Source of the DNA: Octopus sinensis
Lineage: Eukaryota
Assembly (NCBI RefSeq): GCF_006345805.1
Contig: NC_043002.1
Span: 1,612,001-1,676,000 of the forward strand
Direction of reading: 5' to 3'
DNA length: 64,000 nucleotides
Shown here: in pieces, positions 26,030 through 39,090 of the stretch
Layout of the letters: each line of letters begins with the position of its first letter
Position numbering within the stretch: the first letter of the stretch is position 1
Translations under genes and position numbers: made by a program
Notes under the pieces: generated by a model
Databases searched by the model: none
What the model was told of the DNA's origin: nothing
The model's input: the letters and a program-made list of their open reading frames with translations, nothing else

Positions 26030-26732
26030 AAGGCGCATGGCCAAGTGGACTGTACCACTCACGACCGCCGGATGGTGTGTTCGATTCCGAGACCGTGCGG
26101 CGAGTTGTGTTCTTGAGCAAAACACTTCGTTTCATGTTGCTTTTGGGGATGGGAAAGTGTCTAAGTTCAAATCCTGAACAGGTCAACTTTGCCATTGTCC
26201 CTTTCGAGATAGATAAAAGATAGTCCCAGTCAAGTATTGAGTCCTTAATATCATCTAAATCGTCCATTGGCATTAATCCGTTTGTCTGTCCTTGTGTGTC
26301 CTCTCTGTGTTTAGCTCCTTGTGGGCAGTAAAGAAATAGTTATTTTGACTGTCTTTACGTTCTGAGTTCAAATTCTGCCGAGGTCGACGTTGTCTTTCAT
26401 CCTTTCGGGGTCGATTTAATCGAATGAGCCCCACGCCCGAAACTGCTGGCCTTGAACCAAGAATTGAAACGAATTGGATAATCCAATTTATTAAAACTTT
26501 AGTCTCTCTAACATCGTTGCTCATCTTTCGGGTTTCCTCAGAGCAATATTAGAGGTTTCAATCGAATTTCATTGATTAAAAGATAGATACATCTCTCGTT
26601 TCTGTTAGTATAACTTCTGATATAAAGGCGACGAGCAAGCAGAATTGTTAATAGTCCGGGAAATATGCTTGTCTTTATGTTCTGAGTTCAAATTCCGCCG
26701 AGGTCCACTTTGCCTTTCGGAGTAGATAATAT

Positions 26733-26960
26733 TTCTTTAGTTACCCACAAGGGGCTAAACACAGAGAGGACAAACAAGGACAGACAAACGGATTAAGTCG
26801 ATTACATCGACCCCACTGCGTAACTGGTACTTTATTTATCGACCCCGAAAGGATGAAAGGCAAAGTCGACCCCGGCGGAATTTGAACTCAGAACGTAACA
26901 GCAGACGAAAAACGGCCACGCATTTCGCCCGGCGTGCTAACGTTTCTGCCAGCTCGCCGC
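26733..26960 (-). mobile_element. Young family-1 SINE nested antisense in an older family-1 SINE (26625-27058), with a 15-bp TSD
   Basis: TSD CGGAGTAGATAATAT at 26718-26732 and 26961-26975. Full head-to-tail SINE on the minus strand. Confidence 0.9.
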
Positions 26961-27171
26961 CGGAGTAGATAATATAAGAACGAGTTGAGTTCTAAATTGA
27001 CGTAATCAGCTGACGCCCTTCTCCCCGAAATTGCTGGCCTTGTGCCAAAATCTGAAGCGAATATATAATTTGTGATTGCAAGATATTTATTTTTTGTAGC
27101 AGCAGAGGAAGAAGCGATTAAAAAACTTGGAGTAACAGCAGCATCATTGGTACGATTAGTGGTTGCAGTAA

Positions 27172-27231
<60 letters not shown>

Positions 27232-27394
27232 CAGTAGTAGTAGCAGCAGTCGTGAAATGATAGTCGTGCTTCTGGTGATGGTTTATTTTCAGTCTAAGGT
27301 AAGCCCTGTGCGAGTAGATATGATCAAATATACTCGTGATATGACCCTTCCCACTTTTAGTGGACATACTTATCCGCCATATATCATCATTCAT

Positions 27395-27810
27395 CTTCAT
27401 CATCATCATCATTTAACCCCTGTTTTCCATGCTGGCATGCGTTGGACAGCTTGACTGACAGCTGATAAGCCGGGGAGCTGCACCAATTTCCATTCTCATT
27501 TGGCATGGTTTTCTCAGCTGGATGCCTTTCCTGACGCCAACTACTCCAAAAGTGTAGTGGATGCTTTTTACGTACCAGTTACGTAACCCCTGCATCGACC
27601 GCGACTACGATCTCGCTTGGCTTGATAAGTCTTCTCAAGCACGGAATTCGCCAGGTGTCTCGGTCACTTGTCACTGCCTCCGTGGGGCCCAAAGTTCGAA
27701 AGGTGTTTTTTTTTTACGTGCCACTGGCACGGATGCCAGGTAAGCGACACAGGCAGCGGTCACAACGACGATTTCCCTTGATTTGTCCAGTCTTCTCAAG
27801 CACGGCATAT
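27395..27810 (-). mobile_element. SINE/RTE-related repeat with an (ATG)n tail and an internal ~160-bp duplication
   Basis: Minus-strand motif GTTGGCGTCAGGAAAGGCATCCAGC, a (CAT)n tract at the left end, and AGTCTTCTCAAGCACGG repeated at ~27628 and ~27789. Confidence 0.6.
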
Positions 27811-28311
27811 CGCCCAAAGGGGCGGAGGGCGTCAATGGCGATGGTTGGAGAGATCAATAATGATAAAAAGAGATAAGCCGAAGGAAGACGTGAGACGGTG
27901 ACTCTCTGTGAACAGGATCTTGGCACTGGTCAAACATGAACTAAGTGTTCAAATTGTTATTGTCTTACTAATAGATACTGCAGAAGGCTTGAAATGAAAA
28001 TATTTACATGGACATTTATTTTCTGCACAAGAACTCCAGGATATATGCAAATAATATGTTATGTGTATGTATGTAAATGTATATATGTGAGTAGGCTTCT
28101 CTGAATACGCCTGTGAACCAAAACCGAATCACAAATCGTCGCGAGATCCACTGCATCGTTGCAGTGGATTTAAATTAATAGCAACAGGTACAACGACACC
28201 GGTGCCAATATCAGCTCCAGTAACCCCCCACCCCCACCAACAGAATGGCAATGACACCCTCTGCGAATAGATGAAACACACTTCTGAAGACAGAAATTGA
28301 TTACTTTAGAT

Positions 28312-28591
28312 CAGTGGTTCTCCAAATTTTTCGGGCTGCAGCCCCTTTGACGCCCAAACCACATTCCTAGTGTCCCCGACCACAACTAACCATCACAAAC
28401 ATAGAACTCTTTCTGAAGCAAATTCAACGCAACTGTATTTAACAAATAAACTTAACCCAATGAACACATTGTTCGACTGTTTTTACATGAATCGTTACCC
28501 CATTATCGCCCCACTTTTCTTCAACGCTCCCTTGGAACTTTCCGCTCCCCCCCCACCAGGGGGACAATACTGCACACTTTATGAACCGCTG
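28312..28591. mobile_element. hAT (Charlie/Buster-like) MITE, 280 bp
   Basis: Termini CAGTGGTTCTCCAAA...TTTATGAACCGCTG, with a perfect 8-bp TSD CTTTAGAT at 28304-28311 and 28592-28599. Confidence 0.88.
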
Positions 28592-29484
28592 CTTTAGATC
28601 ACAATTTGCGTCAATTGTTTCGGAAATATCATAAATGACATACCTATTTAATCACTAAACCATACATGGTGTTCAATACGGAAAAAAATATGGAAAATTA
28701 CATAAAACCTAATGAACTGAGATTAGCGAAATCGGATTCAGCCAAGTTAAATACGACTTATTTCCAACACTACACAAAAGCCTTTTTTAGCCACAAAACT
28801 CAAAAATGTATTTACTAAAGTCTTTTACTATGCAAGAATCTCGAAGCAACGTTTGGCTCGAAGATTATTAGTACTTTGGTTTTTCATGTGTTATCTTTTT
28901 GTTCTCATATATAAACATTCTTTTATTCTTTAGCTTGTTTCAGTCATTTGATGTGACCATGCTGGAGCACAGTCTTGAAGAGTTTTACTCAAACACATCG
29001 ACCCCAGTACTTTTTTTTAAAGCCTAGTACTTATTTTATCGGTCAGTTTTGCCAAACCGCTAGGCTTCGAGGACATAAACAGATCAACAGATTGTGAAGT
29101 GGTGATGTGGGAACAAGCGCAGGCACAAAGACACATATATGTAGTATATATATATATATATATATATGTATATACACACATATATATATATATAACACAC
29201 ACACACACATATATATATACATACATATATATATACAATATATATATATATATAAATATATATAATATATATATATAATATATATATATATATAAATTAT
29301 ACATATATATATATATATACACATATATATACATATATATATATATACATAGATATATATATACATATATACATATATATATATACATATATACATATAT
29401 ATATATACATATATACATATATATACATACATATATATATATACATATACATATATATATATATATATATAATATATATATATA

Positions 29485-29983
29485 CTAGCAGTATCGCCCG
29501 GCGTTGCTCGGGTTTGTAAGGGAAATAACTATATAAGCATTTTTAGAGAGTTACTTCCTTTATAGATGCCAATTCGGGCTTTCTTAGCCATTTCTGTTTT
29601 GGTGTCTTCAAGCCATGAAGTCGTTGTTCTAAAAGAACGCTGGTCTCCTTGACAACGCTTTACGATGTTGATTTCCTTACACTGCCTTCCCCACAGCTTC
29701 ACGAGGGAGGGAAGAAGGGGAGAAGCAAACACAGGTCCAGGTGTTTGAGCGTGGACGCCAAATCCGCCGCCATCGACACACGAAAATTATGCATTAAAAT
29801 GGAATAAAAAATGATGTTAAATTATTTTTAAAATAGTAGACTCATCGTAGACGCGCGCTAAGAGCCAGATGGGCTAGATATTAATCACGACTATAAGATA
29901 CCCGAATTTGGTTAAACTGCACCGCAAAATGTGGGAGTAGTTAGGAATCTAAATCGAAGGGGACAGACACTCACACAACTACA

Positions 29984-29990
<7 letters not shown>
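29485..29990 (-). mobile_element. Non-autonomous Helitron, copy 2
   Basis: Minus-strand 3' end CCCGAGCAACGCCGGG-CGATACTG-CTAG|T. Shares ~65 bp of 3' end with copy 1. The 5' end merges into (TA)n. Confidence 0.78.
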
Positions 29991-30031
<41 letters not shown>

Positions 30032-30032
<1 letters not shown>

Positions 30033-30421
30033 TAGCAGTATCGCCCGGCGTTGCTCGGGTTTGTTTCGACCCGCTGGAATTGGAATTTTTGAAAAGTAAA
30101 AATTTTGCATTATGTAGCTTGTCTTTATCTTCAAGTGAACATTTTTCTGGTTTAAATACACCGAAAAGTGGCGACACAGCAGTGAAAAAAATCGTAAAAA
30201 ATAGGGATTTTCATAGAAAAAAGCACCTTTTTGATGTAAATAATTTTTGGTGTTAACATGGTCCGATTTGAATTTTATCTTCTACGGAAGGAAGAGCAAC
30301 CCTTCTTCTATTATACTCTCAATTTTGGTCAACTTGCGCTACAGGGTCTCGGAGGAGATAGTGTTAGTTGAAGGCTACCAAACCTGGCGCACACAGACAA
30401 CTTCAGCTTTATATAGAGAGA
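30032..30421 (-). mobile_element. Non-autonomous Helitron, copy 3
   Basis: Same hairpin+CTAG 3' end. The 5' end A|TCTCTCTATATAAAGCTGAAGTTGTCTGTGTG resembles copy 1. Confidence 0.8.
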
Positions 30422-30437
30422 TAACACACACACATTA

Positions 30438-30476
<39 letters not shown>

Positions 30477-30627
30477 TGTATGTATGGGTGTATGTATATA
30501 TGTACATCTGTCCACTTTTTGCCATATTTTTATCCTTCACTTCCTACACACACACACACACATACACACACACTCACACACACAGACACACACACACACA
30601 CACACACACATACCCACATACACCACA

Positions 30628-30658
<31 letters not shown>

Positions 30659-31345
30659 CCTTCTTAGCTTACAATTTCTTTCTTTCAACAATCGACAACT
30701 GAAGTACGCTCGCAAATTAATACTACGAAAACTTAGCGACAGAAAGTAAATTAAAAACCAATTTACCTTTTCTGTTGAGTTATCATGGCAATTTGACCGT
30801 CTGATTTTCTTAAATCGGTCTCTTTCCTCAACTGAACTTAGTTCCTATCGTTTCTTAAAGTCCTTTGTGAAATCTAGGAGTGTTTTTTTTTGTTATTTCT
30901 CGAGAAAGTTTTGTTTCCTCGACACTAAAAACTAACGGGAAGTAGACAACAGTCCCAGCACAATTGGTGTAATAGTGTTACTGATAATGTGAGCGGCTAG
31001 CATCTACTCACCGTATGTCAGTGAATTGTTTGTGTGTGTTTGCAAATGTGTTCGAATGAGAAAGTGAATTATGTTTGGCGCCATTTTTTGAAATGAGAGA
31101 GGCAAATCGTAAAATATTTAGTTTTCTCGAATTTTTGCTTAATTGGGGGTCAAATTGAAAAAAATTTATATGCCATGACCCAATCGAATCTAATTAGAAA
31201 AATCATAGGTAAATTCCAATTGAAGAAATTCTATATTGTACAATTGTATTAAAAAGAAACATAGTCAAAGCAGAGAAAATCTGCCTTTTATCATAAGAGA
31301 TATATATACATATATACATATATATATATATAATATATATATATA

Positions 31346-31434
<89 letters not shown>

Positions 31435-31461
31435 CGGAACAGAGAGATGTACATATTTATA

Positions 31462-32309
31462 TACGCGGTTCCCGGACTAGTTCTCTAGTGCGCCTATACA
31501 TGGCCTTACAACATTGCAGTGACCTTCATGAGGCAGTGTGCCAAGTGACATTGCTGTGTTTACTTCTCAAGTTGTGAAATTTGTGTTCTTTTCATCACGT
31601 GCACGCTGTTGCCTGCGATTTTCTCATGGACAGGAAGAAAGCGCCAACGTGAAATCTTGCGTTAAACTTGGGAAATCTGCTACAGAGAGATTGAACATGC
31701 TTCGGCAAGCTTAAGGTGACAAGGTAATGGGTCGTACGCAATGTTTAGAGTGGCACAGGCGTTTCAAAAGCGGAAGAGCGTCCCTGGAAGACGATGAACG
31801 CTCTGGAAGACCTGCCACAAGCATCAGCCCCGGAAATGTGGTGTTGTGCATTGAGAATTCGTCCCCCAGGCCCAGAGGAGAACATTCGACGAAAGCGATC
31901 GGATCTGTGGAGCACAAAGAATTGGATTCTTCACAACGACAATGCATCCTGTCACCAAGCTCTCCTCATTCGTGAGTTTCTCACCAAAAGCAACATGGTA
32001 TCACTTCCACACCTGCCCTATTCACCAGATTTAGCACCTGTGAACTTCCATCTCTTCTCTAAGATGTGAATGCATCTCAAAGGTTGCCATTTTAACACTG
32101 TTTTGAGATCCAGAGCGAATAACAGAAGGTCCTTGACTCACATATAGAAAATGACTTCCAGGCCAGATTCCAAAAGTGGCAGAAACACTGGGACTGGTGT
32201 ATTGCTGTGCAAGGTGACTGTTTCAAAGGAGATGAGGTTAAAACTTTGGTAAATAAGTTATTTTTTATTAAACATAACTGGTCTGGGAACCTTTTGATGC
32301 CACCTCGTA
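31462..32309 (+). mobile_element. Internally deleted mariner transposon with both ends
   Basis: KLGKSATE..MGRTQCLEWHRRFKSGRASLEDDERSGRP joined to WILHNDNASCH...HLPYSPDLAP. Right TIR CTGGTCTGGGAACCTTTTGATGCCACCTCG|TA; partial left TIR TACG..GGTTCCCGGACTAG. Confidence 0.9.
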
Positions 32310-33665
32310 ACACAGGAATTTTAATAAATATCGCACATGCAAAATATCTGGTAATTAAAAGGAAAAAGAAAATAATTGAAAGTTCTTACTTTCTTCAACA
32401 GCTGTCGCAATTTTCAAAATGATTAAAATTTAATTGTTATAATCAATATAGTCTTACAATTAATGTATTGTTCAATATAATTAATATAGTCTTCCTGGCA
32501 AAACTTTTACGCATTTCAGTGTCAGATTTAATAATATAATTGCGAGAGAAGAGGAATGACAAAAGTTATCATTCAACAGATGAGAGAAGGTTGGCTAAAA
32601 ACAGGCAAGGGACTTCTGATTTTGAAATATGAACGACATCGGTAGAAAAAAGAAGCTGCAGGAAGAAGCTATGAGAGTAAGATATGAAAAAAATGTTTGT
32701 ACGTTTCACTCTAACCTAGGAATAATATATCCAGCGTTATGAAGAGTTTTTCTAGCAGGAAACTGACGAAAATGAAATCGGATGAGGTAAAACAATACTA
32801 AACATATTCAGACATTTGTTTCATTTCCTTTAGTTCTGTATACGATTATAATTTAATCAACCAATACAAGCATTTCAAGTACTTGACATCGACTTTAGAT
32901 CAATCATACATGGCGTCTTTTTGTCGTTATTACTTATTTAAGCGCAATACTTTCATCTATTTAGAAATAAAGTCGAAACACAAAACTATAAAAGCTTCCG
33001 CCTCGTTAAGGTGTATAAAATCTTTTCTAGTAATTCAACTACGATATTATTCTGTTTTGCCAGTGATCTAATCGAGAGGATTTAGGGAGAAGCGATTAGG
33101 ACTGATATATGGAGAAGCTGAGGAGAAGGAAAGATGTGCAGGCGTAGAAAGAAGCGGAAGGATACTATACACTTATATGTTGATGGAGGCGGGTGGTATG
33201 GATGATATTAAGAGGACTATATATACATGTGTTGTGTGTATGCGCGCTCGCGTGTGTCTACGTGCTTGTGTGTGTGTATATTGATGTATGTACATATATA
33301 AAAAAGAGATAGAAAAAGGGAAAGGTCAGTTTGAAACATTTGATCTGTAAAAGACCGTATTCACTGCCGTTTGTCGTCAGATAAAAATATTTGTTTTAAG
33401 AAGCTGTTCAAACGCCAGCAGTCATTTCATGGTCGTCGTCTGACGGAACGACAAATTTACTACTTGCTTCTCGACTATAATCAACATTTATAGTAAATCA
33501 CGATACTGAAGCACTACAAAGAAGCAAAGACTTCATGAGTCATTTCAGGATTGTCACTTTTGCGGTACACAGTACGGATGATAGCCAAAAAGCTACAAAA
33601 TCATTCACCGTTCCGCCAGAGTGCGACCATGAAATTACTGTTGGTGTTTTAATATTTATTGCCTG

Positions 33666-34070
33666 AAGGCGGCGAGCTGCCCGAAACGTTAGCACGCCGG
33701 ACGAAATGCGTAACCGTGTTTCGTCTGCCGTTGCATTGTGAGTTCAAACTCCGCCGAGGTCGACTTTGCTTTTCATCCTTTCGGGGTCGATAATTTAGTA
33801 CCAGTTACGCACTGAGGTCGATGTAATCGAATTAATCCGTTTGTCTGTCCTTGTTTGTCTTCTGCTGTGTTTAGCCCCTTGTGGGTAGTAAAGAAATAGG
33901 TATTTCATCTGTCTTTACGTTCTGAGTTCAAACTCCGCTGAGGTCAGCTTTGCCTTTCATCCTTTCGGGGTCGATAAATTAAGTATTAGTTGCGTACTGG
34001 GCTCGATCTAATCGACTGGTCCCCTCAACCCTAAAGTTTTCGGGCTTTGTGCTTAGAGTAGAAAAGAATA
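33666..34070 (+). mobile_element. Family-1 SINE, full copy plus tandem partial copy (dimer or nested)
   Basis: The SINE body GAGTTCAAACTCCGC..CCTTTCGGGGTCGATAA occurs twice. Confidence 0.88.
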
Positions 34071-34527
34071 ATTATTGCCTGGAGCATGGACTTTTCTTAA
34101 CGGGTAACAGCAGAGAATACGGCCTTTTACGAATCAGATATATCCCAAATGTATTTCAACTATTGTAAATGTTTGTTTACTCACAACCCTGCTTTTGCGT
34201 GCCTAATCCAGTATAATACATGTGTGTATCTGAATACATGTCTTTGTATGCGTGTGTGTATGTGTACATCTTTGTAAATATGTATATATATTTATACATG
34301 TATATGGGGAAGCGCATGCCATAGGTGTTAGGGTGCTGGACTAATAATCGTAAGATAGGGGTTCCGATTCTTGAACCGAGGGCTGCGTTGTGATCTTGAA
34401 CAAAGCACTTCTTTTCGCATCGTTTCTGACAAATCAGTAGATAAAAATGTGTAATCCTGAGACGGACCAGCGTCCCGTCCATGGCGGGAGTTATATGTGT
34501 ATGTATGTGTGTGTGTGTGTTTGCATG

Positions 34528-34582
<55 letters not shown>

Positions 34583-34675
34583 AAAGGATATGTTATAATG
34601 TTATTCCACAGCCATACCAACAATCCAGCATACCTCCATCATCAGCAGCCCCAAGGATGTCATTATGGTTTCGAC

Positions 34676-34960
34676 ACGGCCGATCTTACCAATCAGTTTG
34701 GGCACCAGGGCTTCAAAGGAGTGTTTGGTAACAATCTGATTATGTAACACTCTGGTTTTCAGAGATGGCACTTATGGAATGAAATATAGTGACTACTCTT
34801 TATTGTTGGCGGGGTGTCTGCTCACCTCCAGCAATAGAAAGCAGCCACCATATTTCATTCCATAATTGCCATCTCTGAAGAGCGCAGGGTTACGTAATCG
34901 GACTGTTACCTAACACTCCGTTGAACCCTCAGTACGAAACTGATGTGTAAGATCAGACGT
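34676..34960. repeat. Long imperfect palindrome (fold-back or MITE-like), arms ~135 bp
   Basis: The left arm TTCAGAGATGGCACTTATGGAATGAAATAT.. is the reverse complement of the right arm ATATTTCATTCCATAATTGCCATCTCTGAA. Pairing extends to GATCTTAC/GTAAGATC. Confidence 0.85.
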
Positions 34961-35072
34961 AATGGATATATATATATATATAATACCGTACACTTCGACT
35001 GATATACCTACTCTACTGACAGACATACGAGTGCATTTTTTCCTGATTATGGATTTTTAGACGGATACATAT

Positions 35073-35404
35073 AAAGACCCCCTTCGGTCATGAATGACCA
35101 TGGGATTGCACCTAGAAAGTTACCCTCCTAGACACAAGTCCGGGCAAGGTTGTTTATGGAAGACCAGCAGTCGCCCATGCATACCAGCCTCCCCTCTCCA
35201 CGCCACCGATATTATCCAAGGGAAAGACAAAGGTCGATACAGCTTGGCACCAGTGACGTCGCAACTCATTTCTACAGTTGAGTGAACTGGAGCAACGTGA
35301 AATAAAGTGCCTTGCTCGAGAACACAACACGCAGCCCGGTCCGGGATTCGAGCTCACAACCTCACGATCGTAAGCTCGACGCTCTAACCACTGAGCCATG
35401 CGCC
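35073..35404 (-). mobile_element. tRNA-derived SINE (family 2) with a 16-bp TSD
   Basis: Minus-strand head GGCGCATGGCTCAGTGGTTAGAGCG...GAGCTCGAATCCC. TAGACGGATACATATA occurs at 35058-35073 and 35416-35431. Near-identical copy at 58195-58526. Confidence 0.9.
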
Positions 35405-36207
35405 TTCACTATACATAGACGGATACATATATATATTATATATTTGTTTTGTTCGAATACTAGAGACTGGTCACATCTAAATGTTATTGGCATCGAAATT
35501 GGAGCGATGTTGTACTAGAATATATAGGCAGATGGTGTAAGAAGAAGGACAGGAAAATCAAATAAGGAATTAAGATTGTATTGACGGAGGTATGTGAGTT
35601 GGAAATGTTTAACTTACATATTATTTTATGGGTTATTTTAACACTTAAAGCAAACTATTGGAAACATTTGAAAATGGCTGCGTTGGATATTAAGTGAAAT
35701 AAAATGAATTACGAATGTTGCCGTTCTAAATTTAAAGTAAAGTTATTTGGGAAATGTTTATAAAGATATTCTGTTGTATTTTAAAAATGAAATAATTTTA
35801 TTTGTTACATATGTATTAACAAGAAAATATTAAATTCACTGCATTATTAAATTGGAAAATGTATGTTTGAAAAAAAATGAATTCTCTCCAGTATGTTGTT
35901 TAAGAGAAATATTTTATTCAAATTAAATTAAAGAAACAGTGGAATGTATGAAGGTATTATGAATTAATGGGATTTAAAGATGATATTTTTTCAAGATCAA
36001 AAATGTCAAATTTAGTAGAAATATAATGTCTTCGAGAATGAACTTCAGAATAAGATTAAAACGTCAAAAGCAATAAACAAATTATTTACTAATTCTGATA
36101 AAACAAAATGTATATGAGATTAACAAGTGAACTTAACACCGACTTCTTTTCCAAAATATAACAAATACATAAATACATGCATCCATACACATGGAAGCAC
36201 GCGCGTG

Positions 36208-36250
<43 letters not shown>

Positions 36251-37264
36251 ATTCATGCTACAGAAATTGTTCGTTACTGCAGAATTAGATGTCACTTGTA
36301 AAATTCTTATACTAGTGATATAAAAGCTATATTCCACTTTTAAGGCCCATACGAAAATTACTAACCATTTTTTAACGAGACACCGCGTTGCGAAACAGAT
36401 TTCGGAATCCTTACTAAAATCATATTAAAATCTTAACAATGGCTGTATCACAATTCATTCTTAATATGTCCTGCAGCTTCAAAAGTGTATGTACTAAGCG
36501 CAAGTCGGAACACTGTCACGTTTCGATTTAGCTGTGTCTCTTTCGTCAAAGTTACTCTCAGATCAATGAACTAAACAAGAACCGTTGTGGAATTCAACGA
36601 ACAGATTCTTTTCGGATGCGTGCTGATGTCTACCAAACCGATAACAAATCGTAACATGCACGGAGAACTGTAACAACCTCAACAACGTCATACGTGCTCA
36701 GTCTAAACACGTTCTCGCAGGTTTTTAACGCGAATCTACCGATGACTCTTCTAAGAACAACTCTTTCAGAGTATGAGGACATTCACCACGACATTTGTTA
36801 CATTCCATAAAGAATGTTCGAAATCAATGGAATCAACATTTGCTTTGAGTTGTGTTTTGGATTTTACGAAATCCTGATTCTTGGGGGAGGCGATTCTCCA
36901 GCGACTCCGTATCTTCAAGGATATTACCAACCAACTGCTTCTGCCTTCCCTACCAAAATAATTGCGATACACTCATCAATACAATTAAGAGTCTTGTGGA
37001 TTGGAGTAACTCAAATGCTTGATCGCGTTTTCTGCTTGTTGGTGTTGTTTTTTCTGACATTCTTTTTTGTGGTTGTTTTTTTAGCCAATCACAACTCGTA
37101 TTTATTTTGGAATAAAATATTCGGATCGAATCCTAGACTGAACAACTATAAATAGCAAGAGAATGTTCCATCTATGGGGGAGCACATCACTGCTTAACTG
37201 AATCCATTTACCTCGATTTCTCAATTTTTCGTGTTCCATTCTATTTTTGTAATTTGTTTCACAC

Positions 37265-37302
<38 letters not shown>

Positions 37303-38042
37303 ACACACACACGCGCGCGCGCGCGTACTCCTAAATGTAAAAGAAAATTTACTTGTATTGCATCGATGCAGACTTGTTATTTAAACAGTAATCTATTTTC
37401 ACTCTATCTCTTCTCCTGCTTTTCTTAAACGGTCTTTGAACTGTAATACGTTACGTTGCATTTGTGACTCATGTTTCCCAAGCATTTTGGAGTTTACAAA
37501 ACCAAAATTCGTATGAAACCTTTCTCCCAAACCTTACATATTTTTGCCATCGTACGATAGAACTACCACATTCGATACTTGCTGAGTTTGATGCTCGAAC
37601 CTCCAGTATATAACATCTTATATGTATTTTGTATGAAAGCTAGAGCAGTTTATTGTATAAATTAGAGTCGGTTTAACAAGCAATGCTTCCGTCTTCTATT
37701 CATCTTCGTCCATACTAAACTCTCCTAATATTAACTTTATTGCACCATAAATAATAGTTTCTTTAAAAATAGTTTTCTATTTTATTTTATATATTTAAAG
37801 CAAGGTTTCTCATTTTTTTCTTGATCCACTTCTTTTCTTTTACTTAATTTTATGACCCCGCCCCTTTTTCTACGATTCATCGCCCCCTTTTCATTTTCAA
37901 TATACATCCACGTAATATCAGGCCAGAGTAATTTAGTTCCGGATACTACTTTGATGCAAATGACTACCCAACTATAAGTGAATATTACATTCAGACAAAG
38001 CATATACCTTGCTTTTGTCTATGTGTTCTCATTTCCCATTAC

Positions 38043-38400
38043 ACTGTTCTACTCTAGGCACAAGGCTCCCATTTTTTTTGCGGGGGGTGCAGTCGATTAG
38101 AACGAGCCCAGTACGCAACTAGTACTTAATTTATCGACTCCGAAAGGATGAACGGCAAAGTCGACCTCGGCAGAATTTGAACTCAGAACATAACGGCAGA
38201 CGAAATACCTATTTCTATTTCTTTACTACCCACAAGGAGCTAAACACAAAGGACAAACAAGGACAGACAAACGGATTAAGTCGATTACATCGATCCCAGT
38301 GCATAACTGGTACTTAATTTATCGACCCCGAAAGGATGAAAGGCAAAGTCGACTTCGACGGAATTTGAACTCAGAACGTAACGGCAGACGAAATACCGCT
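38043..38400 (-). mobile_element. Family-1 SINE dimer (5'-truncated)
   Basis: Two reverse-complement SINE bodies (CCGAAAGGATGAA.GGCAAAGTCGAC..GAATTTGAACTCAGAAC). Confidence 0.85.
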
Positions 38401-38639
38401 TTCTCATTTTTTATTATTATTGAAGTTCTTATTTCTACCTGTGTTGTCGTTGTTGTATTTGCAGTTGCAAAGACGTGTACCATAATATTAGAAGTAACTT
38501 TTGAGGAGGAATTCCGTCGGTCTTTACATTCTGAATTCAAATTCCACCGAGGTCCACTTTACCTTTCATCCTTTCGCGGTCGACAATAGGCATACAGCTG
38601 TCCATCAATATTGAAGAAGACGCTGTCCTCTAGCAGTCT

Positions 38640-39090
38640 TAACCTATACTTTGGGAGTTGAAAATAATCCGATCCTGGATTGGCTTGTACTTGAATACCG
38701 ATGACAAGGCAAGTTGCGCATTATATTGTTGCTGAGTCTAAGATGACTTTGACGTCTCTTTTTCTCAAGTTTTTCACGTCGGATTAGTTCAAAATGTGTA
38801 TTTCCTTCGTCGCAGAGAGAGCGCCAGCTTTGCCGGTACTGAGCAAAGTGTTCAAATTGTACCGGTTGAATGCTGCAGGAGTTGAGGACAAGCTTAAGAT
38901 GGTCCCTGAACTTCTTCTTAGGTCCGCCGTGCAGGTGAACACCGATTCATAGCTTTCCGAAGACCATTTTCAGGAGACGATTATCAGGCATCCTGATAAC
39001 TTGGCCGACTCATCTTAGAAGACGGAGTTGGATGATGGCTTCAACGCTGGAAAAATTCTGTGCGGGGGTCCTTATCTTTCCAAATAATGC
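38640..39090 (-). mobile_element. RTE-clade LINE 3' fragment
   Basis: Minus strand: SVEAIIQLRLLR*VGQVIRMPDNRLLKMVFGKL..GGPKKKFRDHLK, the typical RTE post-RT W.GH..RM...R.PK motif. Confidence 0.8.

Noticed and set aside
35335-35404. tRNA-like sequence on the minus strand (also 58455-58526, ~26030-26095 and ~34310-34380)
   Set aside because: It lacks a proper acceptor stem and continues into a SINE body; the 35073-35404 copy has a TSD. These are SINE heads, not tRNA genes.
36380-37100. CpG-richer unique region with short ORFs (36814-37155 +, 36766-36972 -)
   Set aside because: No recognisable domain or splice structure; it cannot be supported as coding.
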